Source of the DNA: Candidatus Nomurabacteria bacterium RIFCSPHIGHO2_02_FULL_42_19
Lineage (GTDB): Bacteria; Patescibacteriota; Minisyncoccia; Phycocordibacterales; UBA9973
Assembly (NCBI GenBank): GCA_001785615.1
Contig: MFUG01000016.1
Coordinates: forward strand, 13,752-77,751
DNA length: 64,000 nucleotides
Direction: 5' to 3'
In this document: positions 9,456 through 19,357 of the stretch, piece after piece
Numbering within the stretch: position 1 is the first letter of the stretch
Layout of the letters: the number at the start of each line of letters is the position of its first letter
The notes under the pieces: model-generated
Told to the model about the DNA's origin: nothing
What the model saw: only the letters and a program-made list of their open reading frames with translations
Databases searched by the model: none
Made by a program: the position numbers and the translations under genes

Positions 9456-9482
9456 CCCTAGTCAAAGCTTTATATACGTCAC

Positions 9483-10010
9483 TTGCGAGAAAGAATTAAC
9501 AATCAAATACGGGCTAAGGAACTTCGAGTTATAGACAGTGAAAACAAAAATCTCGGTGTTTTAAGCATAAAAGATGCCCTGGAATTAGCGCAAAGAGAGG
9601 GCTTGGACTTGATTGAAATATCGCCGAATGGCAACCCGCCGGTTGCCAAGGTAATGAATTTCGGCAAGTATCAGTACGAGGTAAGCAAAAAATTAAAAAA
9701 GGCCAAGGCCGGAGCCAAGTCCACCGAAACCAAGTCCGTCCAGGTAAAGATAGGCACCGGAGACCACGATTTGGAACTAAAAGCGAAAAACGCTTCAAAA
9801 TGGCTAAAGGAAGGACATCGAATTAAAATTGAACTCTTTCTGGCCGGACGCACGAAGTACATGGAGGAAAAGTTTTTAAGAGAGCGGTTAGACAGAGTAA
9901 TGCATTTGATTACTGAAGATTACAAAGTATCGGACTCATATAAAAGGGGGCCGAAGGGATTATTTATAACGATAGAAAAAGTCGTCGCCAGGGCGGGGCA
10001 AGCAAAATAA
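9483..10010 (+). CDS. infC: translation initiation factor IF-3 (non-ATG start, TTG at 9483 or an upstream AUU/AUA-type codon)
   Basis: NNQIRAKELRVIDSENKNLGVLSIKDALELAQREGLDLIEISPNGNPPVAKVMNFGKYQYE is classic IF-3. infC commonly uses atypical start codons. Confidence 0.9.
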   Translation: MRERINNQIRAKELRVIDSENKNLGVLSIKDALELAQREGLDLIEISPNGNPPVAKVMNFGKYQYEVSKKLKKAKAGAKSTETKSVQVKIGTGDHDLELKAKNASKWLKEGHRIKIELFLAGRTKYMEEKFLRERLDRVMHLITEDYKVSDSYKRGPKGLFITIEKVVARAGQAK

Positions 10011-10011
10011 A

Positions 10012-10209
10012 ATGGGAAAAGGAATGAAAACAAATAAATCGTATTCAAAAAGATTAAAAGTTACTAAAAACGGGAAGATTTTGTCGCGCAAGGCCGGCTT
10101 TAACCATTTCAATGCAAAACAATCCCGCACCAAACAGCTGGCTGGCCGTAAAGGTAGAAATTTTGTAATTAAAAACAAACCGTTGAGCCACCTATTACCA
10201 TTTAACTAA
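10012..10209 (+). CDS. rpmI: 50S ribosomal protein L35
   Basis: 65-aa basic protein MGKGMKTNKSYSKRLKVTKNGKI... in the infC-rpmI-rplT position. Confidence 0.85.
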   Translation: MGKGMKTNKSYSKRLKVTKNGKILSRKAGFNHFNAKQSRTKQLAGRKGRNFVIKNKPLSHLLPFN

Positions 10210-10297
10210 TCAGCTTTCTGGCTTATAGCTTTCTAGCTTCTTAGGAAAATTACCAGAAGCTAACAAGTTAAGTAGCTAATGGCTAACAAGCTAACCA

Positions 10298-10642
10298 ATG
10301 ACCAGAGTAAAAAAGGGAGTACACGCGTTAAAGCGAAGGAGAAGCATCTTAAAGCAAACCAAGGGATACCGGCATGGTCGCAAGAGTAAAGAGCGCCAGG
10401 CCAAGGAAGCAATCCTGCATGCCGGGGCCTACGCATACGAGCACCGCCGGGATAAAAAGTCCCACAATAGAAAACTTTGGAATATAAAAATCAATGCCGG
10501 AGCTCGCGAGTTCGGTACATCTTACTCCAAACTTATTGATAGCTTAAATAAAAAAAAGGTCTTACTGGATAGAAAAATCCTGGCCGACTTAGCGGAACAT
10601 CACGCAGATACCTTCGGAAGAGTTCTAAAACAGTTGCAATAG
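10298..10642 (+). CDS. rplT: 50S ribosomal protein L20
   Basis: MTRVKKGVHALKRRRSILKQTKGYRHGRKS..AYAYEHRRDKKSHNRKLWNIKINA matches L20. Confidence 0.9.
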   Translation: MTRVKKGVHALKRRRSILKQTKGYRHGRKSKERQAKEAILHAGAYAYEHRRDKKSHNRKLWNIKINAGAREFGTSYSKLIDSLNKKKVLLDRKILADLAEHHADTFGRVLKQLQ

Positions 10643-10643
10643 A

Positions 10644-11273
10644 TTAGGCCTTCGTTATTTTAAGTTCACCAGCTCTATATTTTTTAACCAGAGCTATCAC
10701 ATCCTCTACTAGCTTCTTAGGGTTGTCCCCTACGACAATTTTTTCGTGCGGACGATGGCTTTTAGCCACAATTTCTTCTAATTCACCACCCATCTCCCAG
10801 GGCCCCTCAAAAATACCGATGGGTTTTGATTCTTCAAAGGCAATAGTAAATTCGTGAACAGTACCAATACGCCCACAGCCGCAAATTACCGCATCCACAC
10901 AGCGGGTTAAGAGTAAGTCCCGTCCCGGGTAACCGAAGCCGGTATAAATAATCAAGTCCAGATAATCAATCGGAAGTTTGTAGACCTCTAGATGTTCCCG
11001 CTCGGAGGCCGCTGGAGAAAAACCGATGGATACTCCGTCCATTTCTTTTGCGCCCATCGCTACCCAAAGCGGGAAACCAGTCGTTGCTCCGGTTACCAGG
11101 ATCGCGCCCTGGCGGGCAATTTCGCGTCCAAGCTCTTTGGCTTTTTCCAGTGCATCGGGCCCACAGTGACCCGTTTCCGCCGCACCGGAAACACAGATTT
11201 TTATCCGGTTATGTCCGTGTTTGGTAAAAATATTAGGTGGTACTAAATCCATGGCCTGATTATACCTTAACAA
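10644..11273 (-). CDS. SLOG/TIGR00725-family Rossmann-fold protein (LOG/DprA-like nucleotide-binding)
   Basis: ICVSGAAETG..ILVTGATTG..VSIGF, a glycine-rich Rossmann pattern of the LOG/TIGR00725 superfamily. Confidence 0.45.
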   Translation of the reverse strand: MLRYNQAMDLVPPNIFTKHGHNRIKICVSGAAETGHCGPDALEKAKELGREIARQGAILVTGATTGFPLWVAMGAKEMDGVSIGFSPAASEREHLEVYKLPIDYLDLIIYTGFGYPGRDLLLTRCVDAVICGCGRIGTVHEFTIAFEESKPIGIFEGPWEMGGELEEIVAKSHRPHEKIVVGDNPKKLVEDVIALVKKYRAGELKITKA

Positions 11274-12643
11274 TGGAGCATCACGCTATCCCCCGGCTCT
11301 GGCGCATACGCTTCCAGGCCCAAATTGTCCCGCAATTTCTGTACTAAAAACATGGAACTTTTTGGCTCCCCCATGACGACGAAGACCTTTTTCACAGAGT
11401 CCTGCATGTCGGAAACAAAATTAAGCAAGCCGTCAGAATCCTTGTGCCCTGAATACCCGGAAATGGTTACGATGTGCGCCCTTACTTGTACATATTCCCC
11501 GGAAATTTTTACCGTCTTTACCCCTTCCTGAATCAGGCGCCCTGGAGTGCCTACGGACTGATATCCGGTCAAAAGCAGGGTATTGTTCGGATCCGGCAGA
11601 TAATGTCTTTCGTGGTGCACTACGCGGCCACCAGCGGACATTCCCGAGCCCGCAATGACTATCTTGGGATTTGGAACATTTCCGATTAATTTGGACTCCT
11701 CGGAGTGTAGCGTAGAACGAAGCCCGGGGAAACTGAATAAATGCTTGTCGCTTGATAGGACTTCTTGCGTATGTGCATTAAAATAATTTTTATATTGTTT
11801 AAAAATTTCAGTCAGGCGAATAGCAAGCGGAGAATCAAGGAAGATAGGCATCACGGGGATGCGATGATTCTCCACTAGAGAGTTGAGTTCAAATAAAAGC
11901 TCTTGAGAACGTTCCAGTGAAAAAGTGGGTATGATCAACGTGCCTTTTCTTTTATAATTATCTTCAATGACTTCTTCCAGGAATTTTCTGCGGTCGTCCC
12001 TGGACTCATGGTTTCGGTCACCATATACGCTCTCCATAATTAAATAATCCACCTCAGTGATTTTTTCGGTGTCCGGCAGTAGTGGTGAAGGACTATTGCC
12101 CAAGTCCCCGGTAAAAAGAATCTTTTTGCCATTATAAACGAACATCACCATCGCCGAGCCCAGAATATGCCCGGCGTTTTTGAAAGAGACCTCTAAGTTA
12201 TCGGCTAGTTGTATTTTCTCATGATAATTAAACCCACTCCAGAGCGAGAGCGCGGTTTTTATATTGTCCGGTGTATAAATTTCATCCAATTTAAGCGCGG
12301 TGTTCTTAGACAATATGCCCATGGTGTCGTCCAGCATCGGCCCGGCGAGCATTTTGGTAGGCATAGTGGAATAAATTTTTCCGCAAAATCCTTCCTGGAT
12401 TAATTTCGGAATCCTGCCTATATGATCCACATGGGCGTGAGTGATAAAAAGAATATCTATCTCTTTCGGATCATAACCAAAAGGCGCCCAGTTCACATCG
12501 TCTATCCACTTGGTTCCTTGCGTCAAACCGCAATCAACCAGAATTTTTTTACCGTCGGCTTCCATTAAAAAATTCGCTCCGGTTACTGAATTTACCCCTC
12601 CGTAAAATGTTATTTTTGCTGTTTTTTCTCCCGTACTTTCCAT
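11267..12643 (-). CDS. metallo-beta-lactamase / beta-CASP family RNA-metabolising hydrolase (RNase J/CPSF-like)
   Basis: HAHVDH (HxHxDH) motif, beta-CASP-sized middle region, 458 aa. Confidence 0.7.
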   Translation of the reverse strand: MESTGEKTAKITFYGGVNSVTGANFLMEADGKKILVDCGLTQGTKWIDDVNWAPFGYDPKEIDILFITHAHVDHIGRIPKLIQEGFCGKIYSTMPTKMLAGPMLDDTMGILSKNTALKLDEIYTPDNIKTALSLWSGFNYHEKIQLADNLEVSFKNAGHILGSAMVMFVYNGKKILFTGDLGNSPSPLLPDTEKITEVDYLIMESVYGDRNHESRDDRRKFLEEVIEDNYKRKGTLIIPTFSLERSQELLFELNSLVENHRIPVMPIFLDSPLAIRLTEIFKQYKNYFNAHTQEVLSSDKHLFSFPGLRSTLHSEESKLIGNVPNPKIVIAGSGMSAGGRVVHHERHYLPDPNNTLLLTGYQSVGTPGRLIQEGVKTVKISGEYVQVRAHIVTISGYSGHKDSDGLLNFVSDMQDSVKKVFVVMGEPKSSMFLVQKLRDNLGLEAYAPEPGDSVMLHC

Positions 12644-12653
12644 TGTTTATTAA

Positions 12654-13160
12654 TTATACAGTATTTTTTTCAATAGGCGTACTTTTTTTCATAGAGAAAT
12701 ATATGGCAGAGAATCCGCCAAGAAGGTCTAAGAAAATATCTGAGACGGTGTCAAAGGTATTAAAGGGACTACCGGTAAGATAATTCTGAGTATAAACTTC
12801 AAAAAATTCCCACAAAATTCCGACAATCAGCACCCACAGAATAACTTTAAGTACAGAGAGAGGAAGATTGTTTTTTCGTGAAAAAACATAAGTAAAAAAG
12901 AATCCTACCCAGGCCCCGCTTAGGAAATGCATAATGACGTCAAACCACCAGAAGGTAAAATAGAAATAGAACTCCTTTGCGGCTAGATCTACCAAAAAGA
13001 TGAAAAACATCAAAAATATTAGTGATTTTAGAATCCTCATTCTGTCCATTGGGAGATTGTACCGTAAAATAAGTATTTTTCCTAAGAAAAAATCCGCCGG
13101 AAATAAATCACAGAGCGGAGCTCTTCTTAGGACTATTTTCAAAATATTACCATAGCTCAT
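12654..13160 (-). CDS. hypothetical integral membrane protein
   Basis: Four to five hydrophobic helices. No diagnostic motif. Confidence 0.4.
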   Translation of the reverse strand: MSYGNILKIVLRRAPLCDLFPADFFLGKILILRYNLPMDRMRILKSLIFLMFFIFLVDLAAKEFYFYFTFWWFDVIMHFLSGAWVGFFFTYVFSRKNNLPLSVLKVILWVLIVGILWEFFEVYTQNYLTGSPFNTFDTVSDIFLDLLGGFSAIYFSMKKSTPIEKNTV

Positions 13161-13321
13161 AGCTAGGTGGGTGCTAGACGCGTGAGACCAAGGTCAAACC
13201 CGATCGAAGCTCCCATAGATTAGTGTTCTAGGTAATAAATGAAAATAACCCTACTTTGAGTATACACGCTTCACGATTTCACGCAACAATATTTGTAAAA
13301 CACCACAGATTTAGGAGTATT

Positions 13322-13927
13322 TCAAATGTGATTTAGATTGTATCGTTTCATTTTCTCCTTAAAATCTAAAAAGGTGGTGTAGAGTTCCGCATTAATACCA
13401 AAATCTTTTGCCCCTTTTATGTTTTTCGGGTCATCATCAAAAAATAATATTTCTTCTTTTTTCATATTATTCAAATCTTTCATCATTTTTTCAAAAAATT
13501 CTTGGTTCGGCTTCTTATCCCCCAAATGAGCCGAAGAATACGTCTTGTCAAAACTATTTGCGAAACCTATTTTTTCGAGTATATATTGAAAACGATATTT
13601 TTCATTATTTGTCGCAAGATAACACAATATCCCCCCTCTTCTTAACTCCCCTACATATTTAACCAATTCTTCATCGGTAATGTGCTCGGCCTGGAACCAA
13701 AAATCTAAAAAGGCATCTACTCCCTTAGCCCAACCCCAAGCGGACAGATATGGGGAAATGGTTTCCTTTAAGTCGGCTTTACCGATCAGGCAATCCTGAA
13801 AAGGTCCATTGAAAAATGGAAGTGTTTTTTCCAAAGGAATTCCGTATTTTTCCGCAAGCAGAATACTAAATTTTCTTTTGCTGTGAATTAATACCCCGTC
13901 TGCGTCAAAAATAATTACCTTTATCAT
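13322..13927 (-). CDS. HAD-superfamily hydrolase
   Basis: N-terminal IIFDADGVL (DxDG motif I) and C-terminal FFDDDPKN (motif IV). Confidence 0.75.
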   Translation of the reverse strand: MIKVIIFDADGVLIHSKRKFSILLAEKYGIPLEKTLPFFNGPFQDCLIGKADLKETISPYLSAWGWAKGVDAFLDFWFQAEHITDEELVKYVGELRRGGILCYLATNNEKYRFQYILEKIGFANSFDKTYSSAHLGDKKPNQEFFEKMMKDLNNMKKEEILFFDDDPKNIKGAKDFGINAELYTTFLDFKEKMKRYNLNHI

Positions 13928-13930
13928 AAA

Positions 13931-14291
13931 TTATTTCATACCGAATTTCTCATATAACATAATATCGTACTTACCATCGATAATTCGGTCTTCTTTTTTC
14001 ACACCTAGCGTTTCCAGAAAATTAAAAAGTTCTTCTTGGGTCTTTTTTCTGTCTTCTTTATCTTCGCTTTTTACAATTTTTTCTGCCTCAATAAACTCGC
14101 CTAAATCTTTCACGCTATCTAAAACAATTTCTATCTTTCAATTCTATAGGTGGCGGAAAATCCACTCCTTCCGGAATGAAAATGTGGTCAACTTGATGTA
14201 ACTCTTCGGAGAATTTACAGCCGAAACTTTCTAATTTTTTTATTACTTCTTTCCTATTTCTTAACCGCGCCTTTACTTCGACTTCATACAT
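13931..14291 (-). pseudogene. CYTH-domain (CyaB/thiamine-triphosphatase-like) gene remnant, split by a frameshift
   Basis: Piece 1 (14115-14291) MYEVEVKARLRNRKEVIKKLESFGCKFSEELHQVDHIF..ELKDR* matches the CYTH N-terminus (EhEhK motif). Piece 2 (13931-14113, GTG start) is a CYTH C-terminal-like fragment (DLGEFIEAE....LGV). The two are 1 nt apart in different frames. Confidence 0.6.
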
Positions 14292-14294
14292 AGA

Positions 14295-14879
14295 TTATTC
14301 GTCTACCCCGAACCGTTTGTAGTCGAAAGTTTTTGAATTACCGAACCAGTGCTTAATTTCATGTTCCGCCTCTTCTGCCGTTTCAGAACAATGGACAATG
14401 TTAGCAACTGCACGTTTCTCTTTATTGGCAAGCGCTGGAGAATCAATAGAAAAGTCACCTCGAATTGTACCCACCTCAGCTAAATATGGCATCGTAGGGC
14501 CGGCAATTTTGCGAACAACATCTACTGCATGTACGCCCTGTACCACCATTTTCACAAGCGGAGCGGACTTCATGTAATCAATTAGCCATTTTCGAATTTC
14601 CGGACCAATAACTACTGGATCAACAGTGCCGAAGTCAGACATTGCGTCATAGCCATATTTTTTATAAGTGGCCAAGGTCTTGTGTCCGAGCCGCGTAATC
14701 CATTCTTCCTTCTTAGGATAATGGTCATCTAGCTGTTTATGGTCTGGCTGGAACATTTCTAGCGCCACGATTTTCAAGTCCCGCTGTTCAAAACGTTTTA
14801 TAATCTCCCCAGTAAGTCCCTTACGCACTCCGTCCGGTTTGATCATCACATATGTCCTTTCTTCTTTTGGATGTTTCAT
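14295..14879 (-). CDS. ndk: nucleoside diphosphate kinase (with internal insertion)
   Basis: ERTYVMIKPDGVRKGLTGEIIKRFEQRDLKIVALEM plus catalytic NIVHCSE. 194 aa versus about 140 typical. Confidence 0.85.
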   Translation of the reverse strand: MKHPKEERTYVMIKPDGVRKGLTGEIIKRFEQRDLKIVALEMFQPDHKQLDDHYPKKEEWITRLGHKTLATYKKYGYDAMSDFGTVDPVVIGPEIRKWLIDYMKSAPLVKMVVQGVHAVDVVRKIAGPTMPYLAEVGTIRGDFSIDSPALANKEKRAVANIVHCSETAEEAEHEIKHWFGNSKTFDYKRFGVDE

Positions 14880-14880
14880 A

Positions 14881-15225
14881 TTATTTTAACCTTAAATTAC
14901 TTATTTTTTCTCTTATGTTTTGTTTTATCCTGCTTATTTCTTCTTGTAGATTTATATCTGCCATTCTTTTTACCTCTTCCCTGGTCTCATTACTAACACC
15001 TTGTTCCCTTGACCCCGCAATTCCTCTTTCGTGCTTAGTAAGTGCAAGTTTTAAATCACGATTTGCCTCTTGAATAATTATAGAAAATCTTAATTTCAGA
15101 TCATCCTTCGCTTCAACAAGAAGATCATTCCAAAGTACTAAGATCTCTTTGGTTGTCTTTGTTTCTGGCGTCTCCCCTCCTTCAAGTGGCTTAGGCACAC
15201 CACCTAATGTATCTTCCTGTCCCAT
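14881..15225 (-). CDS. hypothetical protein (114 aa, charged/coiled-coil)
   Basis: ORF abutting ndk (start is 2 nt after this gene's stop region). No motif. Confidence 0.4.
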   Translation of the reverse strand: MGQEDTLGGVPKPLEGGETPETKTTKEILVLWNDLLVEAKDDLKLRFSIIIQEANRDLKLALTKHERGIAGSREQGVSNETREEVKRMADINLQEEISRIKQNIREKISNLRLK

Positions 15226-15262
15226 GCCCCTATCCTAGCAGAAAAAATTAATTTTGCAAAAT

Positions 15263-15769
15263 TTAAAGCACTCGAAATTCTGCACTTATAGGTAATAACT
15301 TTCTCTCATTCTTTAAATGCCATAAAATTCTTTTTACGTTATGTTCTGGAACTAAACTACCCATTTCTTCTAATCCTAAATAGAGTTTTACAATAGGAAC
15401 TTTAAAACCTGGAACTGAAACATAAACAAATCCTTTGACTATTCTTCTTTCTAAATTCCTAAGCTCTAGGAAGCTTGGCGCGTGATCAGGCGCTATTTCT
15501 GTAGTTATGTCGGAAGCTAAGTCAAGATCAATGTTGTCATGACGACTGCTTTGTGGGGATTTTAAAGTTTTTGGATCAATTGCATATCCATTGAGTAAAT
15601 TTCCTCTAGAAAAAAGTCCACGACCTTCTTTGCTTTTTCGTTCTACCTCTGTCAAAAGATTATCTAGTTCCTGCGGAGTAAAGGCTTGAAGTTTTCTTAA
15701 CTCTATTTCATATTCTCTTTCTGGTTTCTTAGGAGCTTCTACCTTAAAGATACCTCTCCCCTTCGTCAT
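15263..15769 (-). CDS. hypothetical protein (168 aa)
   Basis: ORF between the ATPase gene and the 114-aa ORF. No motif. Confidence 0.4.
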   Translation of the reverse strand: MTKGRGIFKVEAPKKPEREYEIELRKLQAFTPQELDNLLTEVERKSKEGRGLFSRGNLLNGYAIDPKTLKSPQSSRHDNIDLDLASDITTEIAPDHAPSFLELRNLERRIVKGFVYVSVPGFKVPIVKLYLGLEEMGSLVPEHNVKRILWHLKNERKLLPISAEFRVL

Positions 15770-15789
15770 ATCTTCTGGAACGTCACATT

Positions 15790-18555
15790 CTACTGCATCG
15801 TTTCAAACCTCCCCATAATTTCGGCTTCTACTTCAGCGCGGTCGCGGCCGTATCTTACATAAGAAAGTTCTTTCAGGCCATCCACAATCTCCGGGTTTCC
15901 TTTTTCTGGCGGTAAAGTACGTAAATTAAATGGCTTAACCGGCTGGCCATTAACCAGCATGCTCATATAGGCATTATGGTTGTCCAGCTTGGTTATATCT
16001 TGCGCATTAAATATCGGCTTGAACTTTTGTTCTAAAAAATTCGCATCTTCGGTGCCCACGCGGAACACCGCCATAGAGCCCACGTTGCCGAAGACCGCAT
16101 TTTTAATATTTTCTTCGAGCTGGGTGATATATTGGTGCGCAATGTTAAGCGATAAACGATATTTTCTGGCTTCCGATAAAATGGAAGTAATGGAATCCGT
16201 AGTCACGTTCTGAAATTCGTCAATGTAGAGATAAAAATCATTCATGGCCTTACCAAACATGTCCACTCGTGAAAGTGCCGCCATCTGGATCTTGCCTACT
16301 AGCACAAGTCCTATTAGATTTGCATTTATGTCACCCAGGCGGCCCTTGGAAAGGTTGACCAGAAGAATTTTCTTCTCATCCATAATTTTGCGGAAATTAA
16401 AAACGGAATTCTGTTGCAAGACCACCGGACGCATGATGTCGTTGGAAATAAAATTATCAAATTTTGAAGAAATATATGGTACGAAATTCGCCAGCGATTG
16501 ATCCCCGGTGGTCTGCTCGGCGGAAACCCAGAATTGTTTAATGATGGGGTTCTTGCAACGCTCTAGTTTCATATCGCGGAATTCTTTATCCGCCAAGACG
16601 CGAGTAATTTCGAGCAATGTAGAACCGGACTCTGGATCTTCCATCACCAGAAAGGCGCTGTTGCGGAAATACTGCTCAAACATCGCTCCCCCGCCTATTT
16701 TCATATCAAAAAGTTTATTAAAAATCCCCATCAGTTCATTGACCACGAAGGTCTTCTGCTCCGGATACTTGGTATCGTATTCAAGCATATTTAACCCCAT
16801 TGGACGAGGAGTATAAGCCGGATCAAAATAAATCACATCATCAATACGCTCCTTGGGAATGCGTGAGAGGATCGTCTGAATGTCGGTACCGTGCGGGTCT
16901 ATAAAGCAACAACCGTCGCCATTTCGAATGTCCTGCGTTATCATGTTGAGTAGAATATTTGTTTTACCGGTTCCGGTCTGACCAATAGTGTAGAAATGCC
17001 TCATACGGTCTTCCCGCGCCATGTGAATTTCAGTATCTCGGCCTCGGTAGCTATTTATCCCAAGCAGAACTCCCTCCGTTCCCATTTCAAGCGGTGCGGG
17101 CGCAATGCCAGACTTCGCTTCTTTGAGTTGTGGCTGACTGCCGATACCTACCGGAAAATGAAACACAGAAGCCAGTTCTTTTAGGTTAAGCGGTATAATT
17201 TTATCTCCCGAAAAAGTACGATAAGAGAAATCGTGAAAAAGTTTTTTCAAATTACCCCCCGAGAGATGTTCAAAAACGAAAGAATTACTGGCCGCTTCGG
17301 AAAACTGGTGAAAGGATGACTCTATTTCTTTTAAGATTGCTTCCGCGCGTTCCCGAGTAGCGCCGGAGGCAATAACCCGGATGTTGGCTTTCATAATGGT
17401 GCTTTTTATTTTGTTTCCTATTTTCTCAACCGCCCCTTCATCCACTGCCCGTCTGCCTTTCATGTATTTTTCTTTTTTTTCTTCCGGCTCCTTTTTAACT
17501 CCAAATAAAAGATCTTTGCCCACTTTCAAAAATGCTTGATTGAATTTATAAAAATTATCCGCCGCATGCTTGACCGATGTTCCGTCTTTTACGTCGTCTA
17601 GTATTTTGTGAAATTCGTTTATAAATTTATCGCCAGCCGGAGCAACCACCAGCTGAATAGCGGCCCCTTCGCCTTCGGTCTTAAGTTTAGAAAACACATT
17701 CAGAATGGTATTCATGGGGTCATGCTCTATGTTGTCATAGGTCTTGATAGGCATCACCGGACGCTCCGAGAATCTGGCATAAGCGCCAGCGGACCCACCT
17801 TCTTTATTGAAAACGTTATAGTCCTCTTTGGTTTCGTGCACTTTGGCGTTGTGGTAAAAAGCCAGGACCTGTTTCTCAAAAAGCGATAAGTGGGCATTTG
17901 GCACTGCTGCATAGACCACCACTTCATCGCTTTGGCTGGACAGTGCCACTTCTAAAGTAAAATAGTTTTCCTTTTCATTGTTCCTGCCGATAGAGATAGA
18001 ATGCATCCCTGCGTAAAATTGTTCCATGGCGCCGATAAATTCTTTGAATCCTTTTGATTTGTCGGCTTCGTCCGTGGGCGGCGGTAGAGTTATTTCAAAA
18101 AGCGTCATCTGGAGGGACTTATACATGGGGGTACCCTCCTTGAAATCAAGATTGACCTTCCCGGTTTTCAGATACTGAATTAAGACGCGATGAAAATCGT
18201 CATCCAGGTGTGGGTTGCTCATGGCCTCTACCACCGAGAGCGCATTTCTAATACCTTTGGTAATAACAATGCCCAAAAGTTCCTCCATCACAGTATCGTG
18301 CGGTTCTGGTTTTAGTTTTAGAATAATCCCTTGTTCATCTCTTTGGCTTATTAGATTGTCTTTGTGTAAGGCCTGCCCCTTTGGCACATTTTCATATTCC
18401 AAAATTACATCGTGCGCGGCGGTATCTTTTGTATTTTCAAAGTGTCCTTTAGCAATTAGCTCTTGTTCTCGTTTGGTAACATGCGCACGCAAATAGTTAA
18501 GCTCTTCTTCGGGGCTCTTAAACTTCGGCATCTCTTTGAAAAAAGATGGTTCCAT
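15790..18555 (-). CDS. large P-loop ATPase of the TraG/TraD/VirD4 (T4SS coupling protein)-like family, no N-terminal TM
   Basis: Walker A TIGQTGTGKTN and Walker B-like LYIDEFQNV. ARKYRLSLNIAHQYITQL...VGSMAVFRVGTED resembles T4CP C-terminal motifs. The roughly 470-aa N-terminal region has no recognised domain. Confidence 0.55.
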   Translation of the reverse strand: MEPSFFKEMPKFKSPEEELNYLRAHVTKREQELIAKGHFENTKDTAAHDVILEYENVPKGQALHKDNLISQRDEQGIILKLKPEPHDTVMEELLGIVITKGIRNALSVVEAMSNPHLDDDFHRVLIQYLKTGKVNLDFKEGTPMYKSLQMTLFEITLPPPTDEADKSKGFKEFIGAMEQFYAGMHSISIGRNNEKENYFTLEVALSSQSDEVVVYAAVPNAHLSLFEKQVLAFYHNAKVHETKEDYNVFNKEGGSAGAYARFSERPVMPIKTYDNIEHDPMNTILNVFSKLKTEGEGAAIQLVVAPAGDKFINEFHKILDDVKDGTSVKHAADNFYKFNQAFLKVGKDLLFGVKKEPEEKKEKYMKGRRAVDEGAVEKIGNKIKSTIMKANIRVIASGATRERAEAILKEIESSFHQFSEAASNSFVFEHLSGGNLKKLFHDFSYRTFSGDKIIPLNLKELASVFHFPVGIGSQPQLKEAKSGIAPAPLEMGTEGVLLGINSYRGRDTEIHMAREDRMRHFYTIGQTGTGKTNILLNMITQDIRNGDGCCFIDPHGTDIQTILSRIPKERIDDVIYFDPAYTPRPMGLNMLEYDTKYPEQKTFVVNELMGIFNKLFDMKIGGGAMFEQYFRNSAFLVMEDPESGSTLLEITRVLADKEFRDMKLERCKNPIIKQFWVSAEQTTGDQSLANFVPYISSKFDNFISNDIMRPVVLQQNSVFNFRKIMDEKKILLVNLSKGRLGDINANLIGLVLVGKIQMAALSRVDMFGKAMNDFYLYIDEFQNVTTDSITSILSEARKYRLSLNIAHQYITQLEENIKNAVFGNVGSMAVFRVGTEDANFLEQKFKPIFNAQDITKLDNHNAYMSMLVNGQPVKPFNLRTLPPEKGNPEIVDGLKELSYVRYGRDRAEVEAEIMGRFETMQ

Positions 18556-18575
18556 TAAACTAATTATACAACAAA

Positions 18576-19343
18576 CTAGGGTTTAGTTAAAATTTCTGGC
18601 TCGTTGTCGGTGATGAGAATCGTATGTTCAAAGTGCGCGCTCTTTTTTCCATCCGCCGTGCGAAAAGTGTAGCCATCGGGGTCTAGGGTCACATTTTTTG
18701 TGCCCTGGTTTAACATCGGCTCCAGCGCTATGACCATGCCCGGCACCAGTTTTATTCCTTTTCCTTTCTTCCCGAAATTCGGAACGTATGGATCTTCGTG
18801 AATGGCTTTACCCACGCCGTGTCCCGCCAAGACCTCTACAATGCCGTATTTATGAGTCCGCACAAAGCTCTCAATGGCATGCCCAATGTCGCCGGTGCTG
18901 TTCCCCGCAACGGCGTTGCTGATGCCTACGTTTAGGGCTTGTTCGGTAATTTCTAAAAGCTTAGCTGAAGCAGGGCTAACCTCGCCCACTGGTACAGTCA
19001 GGGCCATATCGGTAAATAGTTCTTTATGCTGAAGGCCTAGGTCAATTGAAACAACGTCACCTGCTTTTAGAATTTTTTTTGTACTTGGGATGCCATGCAC
19101 CACTTCATCATTCACGGAAACACACAGAGAGGCCGGGAAGAGCGCCTTTGTCCCTGCTGGCCGATAGTTCAAAAAGGCCGGGGTATCCCCCATTTCTTTA
19201 ATTAGCGTAAAGGCGTAGTCATCCAGGTCCTTGGTAGAGAGCCCAGGGGCCACTTTGTCTTTCACTTTGCGGAGTATGGTCGCTAAACGCTTTCCTCCTT
19301 CGCGCAGGATTTCTATTTCTTGTGGTGTTTTAATTATAATCAT
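18576..19343 (-). CDS. map: methionine aminopeptidase type I
   Basis: Pita-bread fold motifs (VVHGIP, DVVSIDLG, HGVGKAIHE, EPM). Confidence 0.9.
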   Translation of the reverse strand: MIIIKTPQEIEILREGGKRLATILRKVKDKVAPGLSTKDLDDYAFTLIKEMGDTPAFLNYRPAGTKALFPASLCVSVNDEVVHGIPSTKKILKAGDVVSIDLGLQHKELFTDMALTVPVGEVSPASAKLLEITEQALNVGISNAVAGNSTGDIGHAIESFVRTHKYGIVEVLAGHGVGKAIHEDPYVPNFGKKGKGIKLVPGMVIALEPMLNQGTKNVTLDPDGYTFRTADGKKSAHFEHTILITDNEPEILTKP

Positions 19344-19357
19344 CTTATTTTATCTTG

